Part shown: in pieces, positions 1 to 12,728 of the stretch | How the letters are laid out: each line of letters opens with the position of its first letter | Numbering within the stretch: position 1 is the first letter of the stretch | Origin: Opitutales bacterium | Lineage (GTDB): Bacteria; Verrucomicrobiota; Verrucomicrobiia; Opitutales; UBA953 | DNA: 64,000 nt | Assembly: GCA_040398005.1 (NCBI GenBank) | Contig: JBBAUX010000003.1 | Coordinates: forward strand, 21,855 to 85,854 | Reading direction: 5' to 3' | The notes under the pieces: generated by a model | Seen by the model: the letters and a program-made list of their open reading frames with translations, nothing else | Database searches by the model: none | Told to the model about the DNA's origin: nothing | Made by a program: the position numbers and the translations under genes

Positions 1-269
1 AAGCTAGAAATTTTTTCGAGGCGCGAATCGTACTCCGCAATTTTTTTCAATGCTTCGATATCGAGTACATGAACAATTAAAGGATCAATCAGTGGACGAC
101 CCTTGATGGTAAAAACTTTCTTGAGAGCTGATGGATTAAGAGCGTCGGCCGCTAAACCATAGACCGTCTCGGTGGGCAGGGCGACACATTCACCCTCTGC
201 CAATAACTGCGCCGCCTTTTGAAGGTCAGCCTTTGTAGCAGTCAGGAATGGAGGCAGGGATTGGGACAC
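1..269 (-). CDS. tsaC: L-threonylcarbamoyladenylate synthase (TsaC/Sua5, YrdC domain), N-terminal part; the gene runs off the window start
   Basis: Not in the ORF track because it is open at the window edge. Manual minus-strand translation from GTG at 269 gives VSQSLPPFLTATKADLQKAAQLLAEGECVALPTETVYGLAADALNPSALKKVFTIKGRPLIDPLIVHV. This carries the YrdC-domain PTETVYGL and KGRP..PLI.H motifs. Confidence 0.7.
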   Translation of the reverse strand, partial: MSQSLPPFLTATKADLQKAAQLLAEGECVALPTETVYGLAADALNPSALKKVFTIKGRPLIDPLIVHVLDIEALKKIAEYDSRLEKISS

Positions 270-330
270 GCTAGTGAGTCGTTTTAACTAACCTAAGAAG
301 TGACGGTATGTTGAGCAACCTAAGTCCGTA

Positions 331-358
331 AAACAAAAAGGCCGCCTAGAAGGCGGCC
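331..358 (-). terminator. Rho-independent terminator downstream of rpsR
   Basis: Stem ggccgcc (340-346) pairs with ggcggcc (352-358) around loop tagaa. An A-run at 335-339 on the plus strand gives a U-tract on the minus-strand transcript. Confidence 0.6.
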
Positions 359-380
359 CGTGCGGAAAACGAGAAGTTGA

Positions 381-602
381 TTACTTCATCGTGATCATAT
401 TACGGGCGCGCTTAACGGCCTTCGAAATATGACGTTGTTGACGGGCGGTGAGGCCGGTCAATTTGCGAGGCAGGATTTTGCCTGTCTCGGTGACGTAACG
501 GGACAACGCTTCGGGTTCGGTGAAATCGAAGTCGAGAGGATTACGGGAACGCTTGAGCTTACCTTCTGTAGTCATGGGAGAGTTTGAAGTAAGGGTCTGC
601 AA
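381..602 (-). CDS. rpsR: 30S ribosomal protein S18
   Basis: The 73-aa ORF contains [34 protein letters not shown], typical of S18. The track start at 602 is TTG. An in-frame ATG at 575 (MTTEGK) is an alternative start. Confidence 0.85.
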   Translation of the reverse strand: MQTLTSNSPMTTEGKLKRSRNPLDFDFTEPEALSRYVTETGKILPRKLTGLTARQQRHISKAVKRARNMITMK

Positions 603-616
603 CCCGCCTGCAACCC

Positions 617-660
617 AAAAAAGGGGTCAGGCTACGCCGGCGTAGTCTGACCCCTTTTTT
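617..660. terminator. Symmetric A-tract/hairpin/T-tract terminator between tlyA and rpsR
   Basis: Stem ggggtcag(gctacgcc) at 623-638 pairs with (ggcgtagt)ctgacccc at 639-654. It is flanked by aaaaaa (617-622) and tttttt (655-660) and overlaps the tlyA stop codon. Confidence 0.6.
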
Positions 661-1405
661 GGAGCACGATGAGAAACTCGCGATTTCCGTCCCCACCCTC
701 AATTGGCGAGGGAATTACCCCTAAAACTGAGCATAAATGGAGGGATTGGGCGGCTGACGTGAGGGATTCCACCACCCGGGCGTGAATCACAGGATCTTTA
801 ATAATTCCCCTACTTTTGTCCGCCTCCGCCCTGGTAGCTTCAAACTGAGGCTTTATCAAAGCAACCAAATGTCCACCTGGTCCCACCCTCTGCCAGGCCA
901 CTGGTAAAACTAAATTTAGGGAAATGAAGGACAGATCCATGACCACGATGCCATAAAATTCGTGGGGCAATTTCATCGTCGGTAATTCTCGGGCATTAAA
1001 TTTTTCAAAATTAGTGACGCGCGAGTCGGTCCTTAATTTTTGGTGGAGTTGCGCCGTGCCGACGTCGACACACGTCATACTCACCGAACCACGCTGCAGC
1101 AAACAATCAGTGAAGCCACCCGTGGATGCACCCACGTCGAGTCCGTGTAAACCGGTAACAACTATTTTAAAATGTTCGAGAGCTCCTTCCAACTTTTCTC
1201 CTCCGCGCGAAACAAATCGCGGCGGTTGATCAACGGTGAGTAGGGAGTCTTCGGGAAATGACTGAGATGATTTATTAACGACAGCGTCCGGACCCGAGCG
1301 AACTTTGCCGGCGAGAATAAGCGCCTGAGCGATGGAGCGTGATGGAGCTAGACCTAATTTAAGAAGTAACTCATCGGCCCTCATTCTTCCAGGCTTCGCG
1401 GCCAT
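632..1405 (-). CDS. tlyA: TlyA-family 16S/23S rRNA (cytidine-2'-O)-methyltransferase (S4 domain plus FtsJ-like methyltransferase)
   Basis: N-terminal S4-like segment [31 protein letters not shown]-binding [19 protein letters not shown] motif. Confidence 0.85.
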   Translation of the reverse strand: MAAKPGRMRADELLLKLGLAPSRSIAQALILAGKVRSGPDAVVNKSSQSFPEDSLLTVDQPPRFVSRGGEKLEGALEHFKIVVTGLHGLDVGASTGGFTDCLLQRGSVSMTCVDVGTAQLHQKLRTDSRVTNFEKFNARELPTMKLPHEFYGIVVMDLSFISLNLVLPVAWQRVGPGGHLVALIKPQFEATRAEADKSRGIIKDPVIHARVVESLTSAAQSLHLCSVLGVIPSPIEGGDGNREFLIVLQKRGQTTPA

Positions 1406-1409
1406 AAAA

Positions 1410-2177
1410 TCAGTCGAGAAAACCAGTTAAAGGAGAAGTGGGCTGAGCCGATACTGAGCCTGAACCGAGTCCAGCCTCGCGTGCTAAGCGACCCGCTTCC
1501 ACGGCGAGACGAAACGCTTTGGCCATCGCTACTGGATTACTTGCCGAAGCAATGCCGGTGTTTACCAAGACCGCATCCGCGCCCATTTCTAAAGCCTCGG
1601 CTGCGTGTGACGGAGCTCCCAGTCCTGCATCGATAATCACCGGTACGCGGGCTTGTTCGATGATGATACGAAGGAAATCACGGGAGAGTAATCCGCGGTT
1701 GGAACCAATCGGTGCACCCAGAGGCATCACCGCGGCCGCGCCGACTTCCTCTAATCGTTTTGCTAAAACAGGATCGGCGTGAATGTAAGGTAAGACCGTG
1801 AAACCTTTTTTTACCAGCTGACGACAGGCCTCGAGTGTTTCCACCGGATCGGGCATTAAATATTTTGGGTCAGGATGAATTTCTAATTTTAACCATGCTG
1901 TACCTAAAGCTTCGCGAGTGAGTTCCGCAGCGAAGATTGCTTCAGCAGCAGTGCGTACACCCGAGGTATTGGGTAAAATTAAATGTTTTTTAGAATCTAG
2001 TGCCGAAAGGATCCCATCATCTTTCACTCCAAACTGAACACGTTTGATGGCGACGGTGATGATTTCAGAGCCACAAGCGTCGAGCACCGAACGTAATTGC
2101 TCAGCCGATGCGTATTTACCCGTGCCCGTGAGTAGGCGCGAATTAAAGGTGCGGTCTGCTATGCGTAGTGAAGACAT
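1410..2177 (-). CDS. thiG: Thiazole synthase
   Basis: 255 aa with [30 protein letters not shown] and [27 protein letters not shown], all characteristic of ThiG. Confidence 0.9.
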   Translation of the reverse strand: MSSLRIADRTFNSRLLTGTGKYASAEQLRSVLDACGSEIITVAIKRVQFGVKDDGILSALDSKKHLILPNTSGVRTAAEAIFAAELTREALGTAWLKLEIHPDPKYLMPDPVETLEACRQLVKKGFTVLPYIHADPVLAKRLEEVGAAAVMPLGAPIGSNRGLLSRDFLRIIIEQARVPVIIDAGLGAPSHAAEALEMGADAVLVNTGIASASNPVAMAKAFRLAVEAGRLAREAGLGSGSVSAQPTSPLTGFLD

Positions 2178-2236
2178 CCGACCTCAAACAATCCAAGTCC
2201 TCGGCAAATTGTCCAGCCCCTCCCGAAAAAAGCTTA

Positions 2237-2848
2237 TCAAGTAAGGGCGGAAATGATTTCTCGGGTGGCCCGAATGGGATCTTCAGCCAGAGCAATCGCA
2301 CCGCTCACGGCAATTCCATGAGCCCCCAGGAACTTTAAATTAGGCCAATCGAGTGCGTTTACTCCACCAATCGCATAACAAGGAACGACCGCTTTAGTTA
2401 TTAAATCTTTTAAAGATTCGTCGGTATGGACTGGGGCGAGATTTATTTTACTCGGTGTAAAACGAACGGGGCCCACTCCGGCGTAGTCGACGCGTGTAGA
2501 TTTTAAAACGTCGAGATGGTTAAGATAATTTAAGGTGACACCGATGATGGCATACTCGCCAAGAATTTTACGGGCGGCCGCGGGCGAGCAATCATGCGGG
2601 CCGAGGTGTACGCCATCGGCTTCCGCTTCATAAGCCACAATGGGCGAATCATTGATTATTAAAGTAGCACCAAAATCTTTACAAAGATGAGCGACCTCTT
2701 GAGCGGCTTGAATCCATTCCGACTCTGAAAGATTTTTGGCACGCAGCTGAATCCACTGCACTCCCCCTTCCAGTGCTAGTCGCGCCTGCTCGCGATGAGA
2801 GTGAGACGAGGCATCGAGTGTGAGAAACTGGAGCCGGGGATAGACCAA
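2237..2848 (-). CDS. thiE: Thiamine-phosphate synthase
   Basis: 203 aa with IQLRAK, LIINDS, ADGVHLG and YAIGGV motifs of the TMP-TENI family. Confidence 0.85.
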   Translation of the reverse strand: MVYPRLQFLTLDASSHSHREQARLALEGGVQWIQLRAKNLSESEWIQAAQEVAHLCKDFGATLIINDSPIVAYEAEADGVHLGPHDCSPAAARKILGEYAIIGVTLNYLNHLDVLKSTRVDYAGVGPVRFTPSKINLAPVHTDESLKDLITKAVVPCYAIGGVNALDWPNLKFLGAHGIAVSGAIALAEDPIRATREIISALT

Positions 2849-2849
2849 C

Positions 2850-3527
2850 TTAATATTTTCTTTTTAATTTACGGGCGGATTTTCCGTACCACGCATTTTC
2901 AATTTCAATAAAGGATTTAACTGGATTAGAAGTTTCCCAAACCGAGCCAATAAAAGCGACCCCATCGAGGCCCATTTCGCGCACGCGGGCTGCGTTTTGC
3001 GGAGTGACTCCACCCAAGCCATAAACCGGGCAACCGCCTTCGGATCTCCAGCGTTCAGCGATTACCTGAAACTCGCGGGTGGTACGTTGGGGTACATAAT
3101 CACGTTTAGAAATCGAGGGAAAAATCGGACTAAGAAAAACGTAATTCAAGGCTTTCGGTAAGCTGCGCATTTCGTCGTAAGAGTGACATTTACAACTGAG
3201 CGAGGCCGACTTGGGCCAGCGTGCGGGAATGCGATCGCTGTGGTACATTTGGAATCCACCCAGTTGGTGCTTCAAAACGAGTTGATGATGTTCTTCTAAA
3301 ACAATTCTTGGCCAATAAATCTTAGGGACTTTTTTGAGAAAATTTTCGTAGTCACCCACGTGCCACTCCCGGTTCGGCTGGACATGTAATTTACCCAACC
3401 CGGCGTCGAACAACTTGATGACAGTCTTCGTGTCCCATTCCGTCTTCGTCGGGGTGAATAAAATTAAATTACTCGGCGCGGCCGCTTCGGGCTCGGGTGC
3501 AAATAATCCTTTGATATATTTAAACAT
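2850..3527 (-). CDS. Divergent ThiE/TenI-family protein (second thiamine-phosphate synthase-like paralog)
   Basis: 225 aa. The C-terminal part (YVFLSPIFPSISK, PVYGLGGVTPQNAARVREMGLDGVAFIGSVW) fits the TMP-TENI fold. The N-terminus is divergent. The gene sits 1 nt from thiE and 3 nt from thiS. Confidence 0.6.
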   Translation of the reverse strand: MFKYIKGLFAPEPEAAAPSNLILFTPTKTEWDTKTVIKLFDAGLGKLHVQPNREWHVGDYENFLKKVPKIYWPRIVLEEHHQLVLKHQLGGFQMYHSDRIPARWPKSASLSCKCHSYDEMRSLPKALNYVFLSPIFPSISKRDYVPQRTTREFQVIAERWRSEGGCPVYGLGGVTPQNAARVREMGLDGVAFIGSVWETSNPVKSFIEIENAWYGKSARKLKRKY

Positions 3528-3530
3528 AAA

Positions 3531-3731
3531 TTATCCGCCTTGGGCGGCACGTATCATGAGCACGGACACATTTTCCGTTAAGGCATAGGTAGCCCAAGAA
3601 CTTCGAGCAACGACTTGTCCACCAATCGCAATCGCGATGGCGGATTGGTCATTAAGCCCAAGTTCCTTGACTAAATCAGCGAGTGTTTTGGCTGAGGTCT
3701 CTTGGGGCTTATCGTTGATAACCACTTTCAT
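3531..3731 (-). CDS. thiS: Sulfur-carrier protein ThiS
   Basis: 66 aa with a ubiquitin-like size and a C-terminal GG. It is the first gene of the thiS-thiE'-thiE-thiG string. Confidence 0.85.
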   Translation of the reverse strand: MKVVINDKPQETSAKTLADLVKELGLNDQSAIAIAIGGQVVARSSWATYALTENVSVLMIRAAQGG

Positions 3732-3817
3732 GATTTTTATCTGTGAAGGGTGAGTGACAAAGTGGCAAGCGGAGGTTTTTGCATTGCCGAAAAAGACGGC
3801 AGTCTTTGGCTGGTTTT

Positions 3818-4420
3818 ATGAAATCTACGCTTTCAGCCATCCTCTTACTATTAAGTTTTAGCCCTTGTATTTCCCAAACTCTCAATTCTTCTAATTCCAC
3901 ACCTATGAAAGAAGCCACCAACCCCTCCACCCCTCAAGTCATCGTTCACACCACCTCCGGTGATATGACTTTTGAATTTTGGTCCGACGTCGCGCCTAAG
4001 ACTGTCGCCAACTTCTTAAAACTCTCCCGTGAAGGATTTTATAACGGCACTGCTTTTCACCGTGTGCTCAAAGGTTTCATGATCCAAGGCGGTTGCCCTA
4101 AATCCAAACAAGGGGCCAGCGGGATGCCCGGCACCGGTGGACCTGGATATCAAATCAAGGCCGAGTTCAATAATCGCTCGCACCAAAAAGGCGTTCTCTC
4201 GATGGCAAGATCTCAAGACGTCGACAGCGCTGGTAGCCAGTTCTTTATCTGTCATGGTGATGCCTCCTTTTTAAATAATAAATATACCGCCTTTGGTAAG
4301 CTCATCAAAGGAGAGGACGTTTTAGATAAAATTGCCGCTATTCCTTGCACGGGCCCCGAACGCTCCAGCCCCACCGAACGCGTAGAAATCACTAGCGTTG
4401 AGTTAATTGAGTCAAAATAA
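3818..4420 (+). CDS. Secreted cyclophilin-type peptidyl-prolyl cis-trans isomerase
   Basis: Contains FHRVLKGFMIQGG, GPGYQIKAEF, LSMARS and GSQFFI cyclophilin motifs. I prefer the ATG at 3818 (MKSTLSAILLLLSF signal peptide) over the track start at 3779. Confidence 0.85.
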   Translation: MKSTLSAILLLLSFSPCISQTLNSSNSTPMKEATNPSTPQVIVHTTSGDMTFEFWSDVAPKTVANFLKLSREGFYNGTAFHRVLKGFMIQGGCPKSKQGASGMPGTGGPGYQIKAEFNNRSHQKGVLSMARSQDVDSAGSQFFICHGDASFLNNKYTAFGKLIKGEDVLDKIAAIPCTGPERSSPTERVEITSVELIESK

Positions 4421-4492
4421 GCATTTTAAACAGAATTATATAAACCTTCCGCCTTTACAGAGTCCCCCACCTTAATAGTTTAAAACTTCCCC

Positions 4493-5074
4493 ATGAAATT
4501 ATTACGTACCCTCGCCCTCCTTCCTTTGGCTGCTGCCGCTTCACAAGCTGCAACGATTGAATTCCAATTCGGAAAAAATAACCCAGTCGGAAGTAACTAC
4601 GACTCTGGTATTAAATATAACTCTGGTACAATGGCCGGCATCACCGTCGCTGGAAACATCAGCCGTGATGTTGAACTAGGTTTAAACGTGAGCTACAAGC
4701 ACCTCGCCACCGAGGCTGAGTCTACGTTCACCAGTTCGAACATCGGCGTGCTCAATGCCTCTTTAGATTTAACCTACAACCTTAACCCACGTGGCGGCAT
4801 CAATCCCTTCGTTGGAATCGGCTTGGGTTATTCTTGGTTATCGAACCTTGATTACACCGATGACGGCATCAATCCCGTCACCCCTGTAACAACCAGCAAA
4901 GGCCTATTCACTGCTGCCGCTTTCGTGGGTTTACGTTTTGCGATCAATAACAAGGTCGATTTCACGCTCACCGCACGCAACACCTATTACATGGGTTTAA
5001 AGAACTATGATGGTACCGCGAAAAGTAATATCCAGAATTGGGAAGCGATTGCCGGTCTTCGTTACCGCTTCTAA
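4493..5074 (+). CDS. Small outer-membrane beta-barrel protein (OmpW/OMP_b-brl-like)
   Basis: Signal peptide MKLLRTLALLPLAAAASQA. Alternating beta-strand pattern. C-terminal GLRYRF ends in an aromatic residue, typical of BAM substrates. Confidence 0.65.
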   Translation: MKLLRTLALLPLAAAASQAATIEFQFGKNNPVGSNYDSGIKYNSGTMAGITVAGNISRDVELGLNVSYKHLATEAESTFTSSNIGVLNASLDLTYNLNPRGGINPFVGIGLGYSWLSNLDYTDDGINPVTPVTTSKGLFTAAAFVGLRFAINNKVDFTLTARNTYYMGLKNYDGTAKSNIQNWEAIAGLRYRF

Positions 5075-5094
5075 TCTTATAAATTGCTCCGCCC

Positions 5095-5122
5095 AAAAAG
5101 CCGCTCATCGAGCGGCTTTTTT
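5095..5122. terminator. Bidirectional rho-independent terminator between convergent genes
   Basis: The sequence is aaaaag-ccgctc-atcg-agcgg-cttttt, a stem of about 7 bp flanked by A- and T-tracts. It abuts the stop codon of the minus-strand hydrolase gene. Confidence 0.6.
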
Positions 5123-5984
5123 ATTGGGATAAAATCCCACGGTCCTTCATCCAAAGACCCATCAGGTGAGTCCACTCGCGCGAGGCCACACATCGATCGG
5201 TCGCGCCCCAGCCGTGTCCCCCGCCCGCCCAGACATGGACTTCCACCTTCGCTCCCATGGATTTAAGCAAAGCCCCCATCTTCTGCGAAGCTTCGGCTGG
5301 AAAAGGATCATCCGCACTGTGTGCGAAAAATACGGGAGCGAGTTTTTTCATTTCTATAGTTGGAACAACACCCTCCGGCCCCTCTCGCAAAACACTATTG
5401 GGCTCATCTTTAACAAATAAATAGGCAGGATAAATCAACGCGACGAAGTCAGGCCGCTCCGCATTAACTTCAGCGGATGCATAGGCGAGGCGCGCCGCTA
5501 AATTTCCTCCCGCAGAAAAACCGACGACACCAATATTTTTAGCATCTCCGTTCCACTCTCCGGCTCTGACTCGAGCGATTTCTAAAGTTTTTCTTAAGTC
5601 TAATAAAGGTTGCACCCAAGGTGCGTTCTCGGAGCGACGAGGCACGCGGTAGCGCAACACCAGAGCCGTACATCCTAAATCATTCAATCTTTTCGCTACA
5701 GCGACGCCTTCATGTTGCTCGGCGAGTTTGTTATAGCCGCCCCCCGGACAGACAATCACAACGGGAGAATTAGGCTGAGCGGCTGGCCACGGTACAAAGG
5801 TGGGGCTGAATACATCGGAGCGACGTCCCTCAGCGCTGACCACTCCACGCGTATCGGCACCCGACTGAGGCGTCAACGTTTCCAGCGGAGCCGCCCCATC
5901 CCAAACTAATATTTCTTTTAGAGGTTCGGCCGAGCACCAGGAAAATAAAAAACCTAAACTGCATAAATTGAAAAACGATTTCAT
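5121..5984 (-). CDS. Secreted alpha/beta hydrolase (esterase/lipase-like)
   Basis: Has a signal peptide, an oxyanion-type CPGGGY motif and a nucleophile elbow GFSAGGNLA (G-x-S-x-G). Confidence 0.7.
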   Translation of the reverse strand: MKSFFNLCSLGFLFSWCSAEPLKEILVWDGAAPLETLTPQSGADTRGVVSAEGRRSDVFSPTFVPWPAAQPNSPVVIVCPGGGYNKLAEQHEGVAVAKRLNDLGCTALVLRYRVPRRSENAPWVQPLLDLRKTLEIARVRAGEWNGDAKNIGVVGFSAGGNLAARLAYASAEVNAERPDFVALIYPAYLFVKDEPNSVLREGPEGVVPTIEMKKLAPVFFAHSADDPFPAEASQKMGALLKSMGAKVEVHVWAGGGHGWGATDRCVASREWTHLMGLWMKDRGILSQ

Positions 5985-6040
5985 GGTTCAGTATTAAATG
6001 TTAGATCTACCATATGACAGAGTCGGCAAAAAAACCAAAA

Positions 6041-6071
6041 GAAAAAGGCGCACCTGCGTGCGCCCTTTTTT
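6041..6071. terminator. Rho-independent terminator downstream of the FKBP gene (symmetric A/T tracts)
   Basis: The sequence is gaaaaa-ggcgcac-ctg-cgtgcgcc-cttttttt. Confidence 0.6.
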
Positions 6072-6089
6072 TATCGAATTCTCGTGGAA

Positions 6090-6830
6090 TTATTTAAATT
6101 CTACTAATTCAACTTCGAACTCTAAAACCGAATTTCCTGGGATAGGACCCTGACCTTGTTCGCCGTAAGCTAAATTAGCTGGAGCGTAGATAAGAATCTT
6201 GCCGCCCTTACCGATGAGCTGAACGCCTTCGGTCCATGCTGGAATCACTCCGTTTAAGGGGAACTCAGTCGGCTCATTACCACGAGTAGATGTAGAATCA
6301 AAAACGGTGCCGTCGACGAGTTTACCCGTGTACAAGCACTTCACTAAACTGGTTGCGGATGGCTTAGGATCCGTTCCCGGGGTGACGATTTTATAGCGAA
6401 GACCGGAGGCGGTTTTGGTGACTGATTTATCGGCATCAATCTTGGCAAGGAATTCATCATTCTTACCAGCTAGGCGTTTGGACTTAGCTGCGATGCGTTC
6501 ATTGAATAATTTTTCGGCACCAGGAATAATTTCTTCGGCCTTGAAAGAAGGCTTCTCGCGCTTGAGTGCGGCGCGTATCCCATCCAAGAGCGAATTCAAC
6601 TCGGATTCGTTGAGATCGAGTTCATTCACGACACCAGCCCACTCGGAGCGACTAGCGAGGATGAAGCCTTGCAAGAAGAAGGCTTGTTTTTGTTGTTCAG
6701 GGGTTAGTTCTTTCACGGCGATTTGGGTAGAAGGTGGAGTCACGCTCGCTTGCTCAGCTGTGGGCGCTGCGGGATCAGCATGAAGTGAAGCGACAGCAAA
6801 AGCCATCAAGGCGAGGGTGGGTAATTTCAT
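6090..6830 (-). CDS. Periplasmic FKBP-type peptidyl-prolyl isomerase (FkpA/Mip-like)
   Basis: Has a signal peptide, an N-terminal helical dimerisation-like region, and a C-terminal FKBP domain (YTGKLVDGTVFDST, IPAWTEGVQLIGKGGK, LAYGEQG, LEFEVELV). Confidence 0.85.
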   Translation of the reverse strand: MKLPTLALMAFAVASLHADPAAPTAEQASVTPPSTQIAVKELTPEQQKQAFFLQGFILASRSEWAGVVNELDLNESELNSLLDGIRAALKREKPSFKAEEIIPGAEKLFNERIAAKSKRLAGKNDEFLAKIDADKSVTKTASGLRYKIVTPGTDPKPSATSLVKCLYTGKLVDGTVFDSTSTRGNEPTEFPLNGVIPAWTEGVQLIGKGGKILIYAPANLAYGEQGQGPIPGNSVLEFEVELVEFK

Positions 6831-6852
6831 GGGTAAAAATTTTGTATCGTAA

Positions 6853-10095
<3,243 letters not shown>

Positions 10096-10202
10096 GTGTT
10101 CGGGCGGACTTTCATCTACTCGTCAAAGGGGGGTCAAGTGGGGACTTTAAACATTTTCGAGAAACTCTTGCACGGGGTGACCAAGACGACATCACTAGGG
10201 GT

Positions 10203-10565
10203 GTGGATATTATAAGAATCAGTGGAATCAGGTCTTTCGGACACCATGGCGCCCTCCCCGAGGAAAAGCGTCTTGGCCAACGTTTTATGGTGTCGGTCGA
10301 TCTCGAGGTCGACACTCGCCCCGCCGCCGCCACCGACGATTTAAAAAAGACGGTAAATTACGCGGATGTCATTCGAACGGTGGAAGCTCAACTCACCGGA
10401 AAGCCTGTCTATCTTATCGAAACCCTTGCTCAACAAATAGCCGCCCATTTACTAGGAACCTTTCCTGTCGTTAAAGCCGTGACGGTTGAAGTCACTAAAC
10501 CGTTCGCGCCGGTAGCCGCCGATTTTGAGGCCATTTCGGTTAAAATCCGCCGCGAGCGCATCTAA
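10203..10565 (+). CDS. folB: Dihydroneopterin aldolase
   Basis: 120 aa with a GTG start. Contains GHHGALPEEKRLGQRF and VNYADV, typical of FolB. Confidence 0.8.
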   Translation: MDIIRISGIRSFGHHGALPEEKRLGQRFMVSVDLEVDTRPAAATDDLKKTVNYADVIRTVEAQLTGKPVYLIETLAQQIAAHLLGTFPVVKAVTVEVTKPFAPVAADFEAISVKIRRERI

Positions 10566-10566
10566 A

Positions 10567-11097
10567 ATGGGCGAGCGCCAATTCCTCCTCGGATTGGGCA
10601 GTAACATTGGGAATCGGGCTGATTTTATTGGCCAAGCTATTCAAAAAATCGGTCAAATTCCCGGCGTATGGTTATTAGCGATTTCCCAGGCGTTTGACTC
10701 AGATCCCGTTGGCTACACCGACCAACAAAATTTCTTAAATCTCTGTATTGCAATAACTTACAAAGAAAATGCCGAATCTCTTCTTAGCGCAACCGCCAAG
10801 ATTGAGTCAGATCTAGGACGGGTGCGTACTATTAAAGACGGACCGCGGACCATCGATATCGATCTCTTATTTTGTGAGCAGGAAGTTTTTCAATCAACGA
10901 ATCTCACACTCCCCCACCCGCGTTGGAGCGAGCGAAGTTTTGTCGTTTTTCCACTAAGGCAAATGCTTCAATCACCTGCTCTCGTCAAAGAGAGTCGTTG
11001 GGATTGGCTAAGGGCGGAGGTTGCCCGAAATAATATCGGCAGCGAAGGCCTCCGTTTATGGAACGGCCCCACGCCCTGGAATTCGACGACGACCTAA
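10567..11097 (+). CDS. folK: 2-amino-4-hydroxy-6-hydroxymethyldihydropteridine diphosphokinase (HPPK)
   Basis: Contains LGLGSNIGNR, GPRTIDIDLL and LTLPHPR motifs. I chose the ATG at 10567, immediately after the folB stop. The track ORF begins at 10525. Confidence 0.85.
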   Translation: MGERQFLLGLGSNIGNRADFIGQAIQKIGQIPGVWLLAISQAFDSDPVGYTDQQNFLNLCIAITYKENAESLLSATAKIESDLGRVRTIKDGPRTIDIDLLFCEQEVFQSTNLTLPHPRWSERSFVVFPLRQMLQSPALVKESRWDWLRAEVARNNIGSEGLRLWNGPTPWNSTTT

Positions 11098-12677
11098 AAC
11101 CATCACGGTTTGGACACTGCCCTGCCCTGTGGTTAGCTCTGCCCATTCTTCTGGGAGAAAGCTTAAATAGTTTTTATCCAATCCCGGTTTTTATATTAAT
11201 CGTTTTAGGTTTATTTTTTCTCAGCTGGCTCTGGATAAAAATCCGGTGCGCCCGACAGAGTCAGATAGCACTAGTAGCCGTGGGCATTTTATTAGGGGCG
11301 GCCTGGCATCAGGTAAAACTTCCCCCGCAAAATTTTTTTGAGGTCGAAGAAAAATTAACTGAGCTCTCTATCGCGATTGAACACGCTAATACAAATCGCG
11401 CAGGCAATGGCTGGACGGGCCTAGGAATCATTACAGATAAAGGTTCATTTTTCCGAAGGCGAGTCGCTCTATCCGTCAAAGGCGGCACTCCCGCCCAAGG
11501 ATGCGAATTAAAAATGAGTGGATGGCTTTCGGCGATTGATGAAAACCCACAAGGTTATGATGCTTGGGTAAAATCGCAGGGGGCCACACTTAAGCTCGGT
11601 AACGGAAAAATTATTGGACTATTAGAAAGGCCAACGGAGTTTGCCGTGTGGTGTCAACGAACCCAAATAAAATTGGAACGTTGGTTAAGCACCTTACCAT
11701 GGGAAGATGCAGACGGAGGCGCGCTTTTATCGGCAACACTTTTAGGACGCACCGCGCTTTTGCCGCCGGAAGCAAAAGTGGCATTCACGCAAACCGGCAC
11801 ACTGCATTTATTTGCGATTAGCGGACTGCACATCGCAGGTATGGCAGCAGGCATGCTTTGGTTTGTTCGAAAATTACATCTCCCAGAAAAACCCTTGGGC
11901 GTGATTATCTTAAGTCTACTTTGGCTTTATGTGGAGGTGACGGGAGTATCGCCCTCGTCCACTCGAGCTTGGATCATGGCAACATTTATTTGGGTGGGAC
12001 AAGTCAGCGAGCGATCCACTTCCACACTGCAATCCTTGGCCTTAGCTTGTGCCTTTACGCTCATCCTGCAACCCGAGGCGATTAATGATCCAGGATTTCA
12101 GCTAAGTTACGTCGCCGTGGTGGCGATTATTTTAGTCGGAGCTCCCGCTGCCCAAATACTGAATCAACCCACGACCGAAGAAAAATTAATTCCGACAAAA
12201 AGCCAAACCTGGTCGCAACGCGGAAGATGGAAGCTGCGAAAGTTTTTGATTTCCGGCCTATGCATATCAACCGCCGCCACACTCGCAGGAATACCCTTAA
12301 CACTTACCTACTTTCAAAATGCGAGTTACGGCGGAGTCGTCGTAAACCTAATGTTAGTTCCGCTTTCAGAAATTCCGCTCGTGTGTGGGATGATTTCATT
12401 ATTTTTTTATCCGTGGGAAAATCTTCTGCCCATGGCTCAGTGGATCAATGGAGCTGGCGTTATCGTTTTAAACATCATGACAGCCATTGCCGAATTTTTC
12501 GCCAAAATTCCTGGACTCAATTTACAAGGCAGTTCCACCTGGCCGGCCAGTGGGCCCCTCTGTGCCTTAATTTTAATTGTATGTTTTCTGGTACAGGCAG
12601 AATCAAAAAGCGTCATTAAACTATTTGGTATTCCCGCCCTCATTGTGGGAAGCTGGATAATACTATTTGTTATTTAA
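11058..12677 (+). CDS. comEC: ComEC/Rec2-family DNA internalisation channel protein (short form without a metallo-beta-lactamase domain)
   Basis: Polytopic membrane protein with the competence-domain signature TGTLHLFAISGLHIAGMA. No C-terminal HxHxDH domain is present in its 539 aa. The exact start is uncertain because it overlaps the folK end. Confidence 0.75.
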   Translation: MERPHALEFDDDLKPSRFGHCPALWLALPILLGESLNSFYPIPVFILIVLGLFFLSWLWIKIRCARQSQIALVAVGILLGAAWHQVKLPPQNFFEVEEKLTELSIAIEHANTNRAGNGWTGLGIITDKGSFFRRRVALSVKGGTPAQGCELKMSGWLSAIDENPQGYDAWVKSQGATLKLGNGKIIGLLERPTEFAVWCQRTQIKLERWLSTLPWEDADGGALLSATLLGRTALLPPEAKVAFTQTGTLHLFAISGLHIAGMAAGMLWFVRKLHLPEKPLGVIILSLLWLYVEVTGVSPSSTRAWIMATFIWVGQVSERSTSTLQSLALACAFTLILQPEAINDPGFQLSYVAVVAIILVGAPAAQILNQPTTEEKLIPTKSQTWSQRGRWKLRKFLISGLCISTAATLAGIPLTLTYFQNASYGGVVVNLMLVPLSEIPLVCGMISLFFYPWENLLPMAQWINGAGVIVLNIMTAIAEFFAKIPGLNLQGSSTWPASGPLCALILIVCFLVQAESKSVIKLFGIPALIVGSWIILFVI

Positions 12678-12728
12678 AATTAAATGCTCTGCACTTGCCA
12701 GTAATTCATAAGTAAAGAAAGTGATTTC

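Noticed and set aside
3732-3817. Possible TPP (THI-box) riboswitch upstream of thiS.
   Set aside because: I read both strands and found no CUGAGA or pyrimidine-sensor consensus. The 86-nt region is also short for the aptamer plus an expression platform. Only a covariance-model scan could fully exclude it.
3709-3930. A 73-aa minus-strand ORF spanning the thiS start and the cyclophilin 5' end.
   Set aside because: It overlaps two well-supported genes and the divergent promoter region. There is no motif or signal support.
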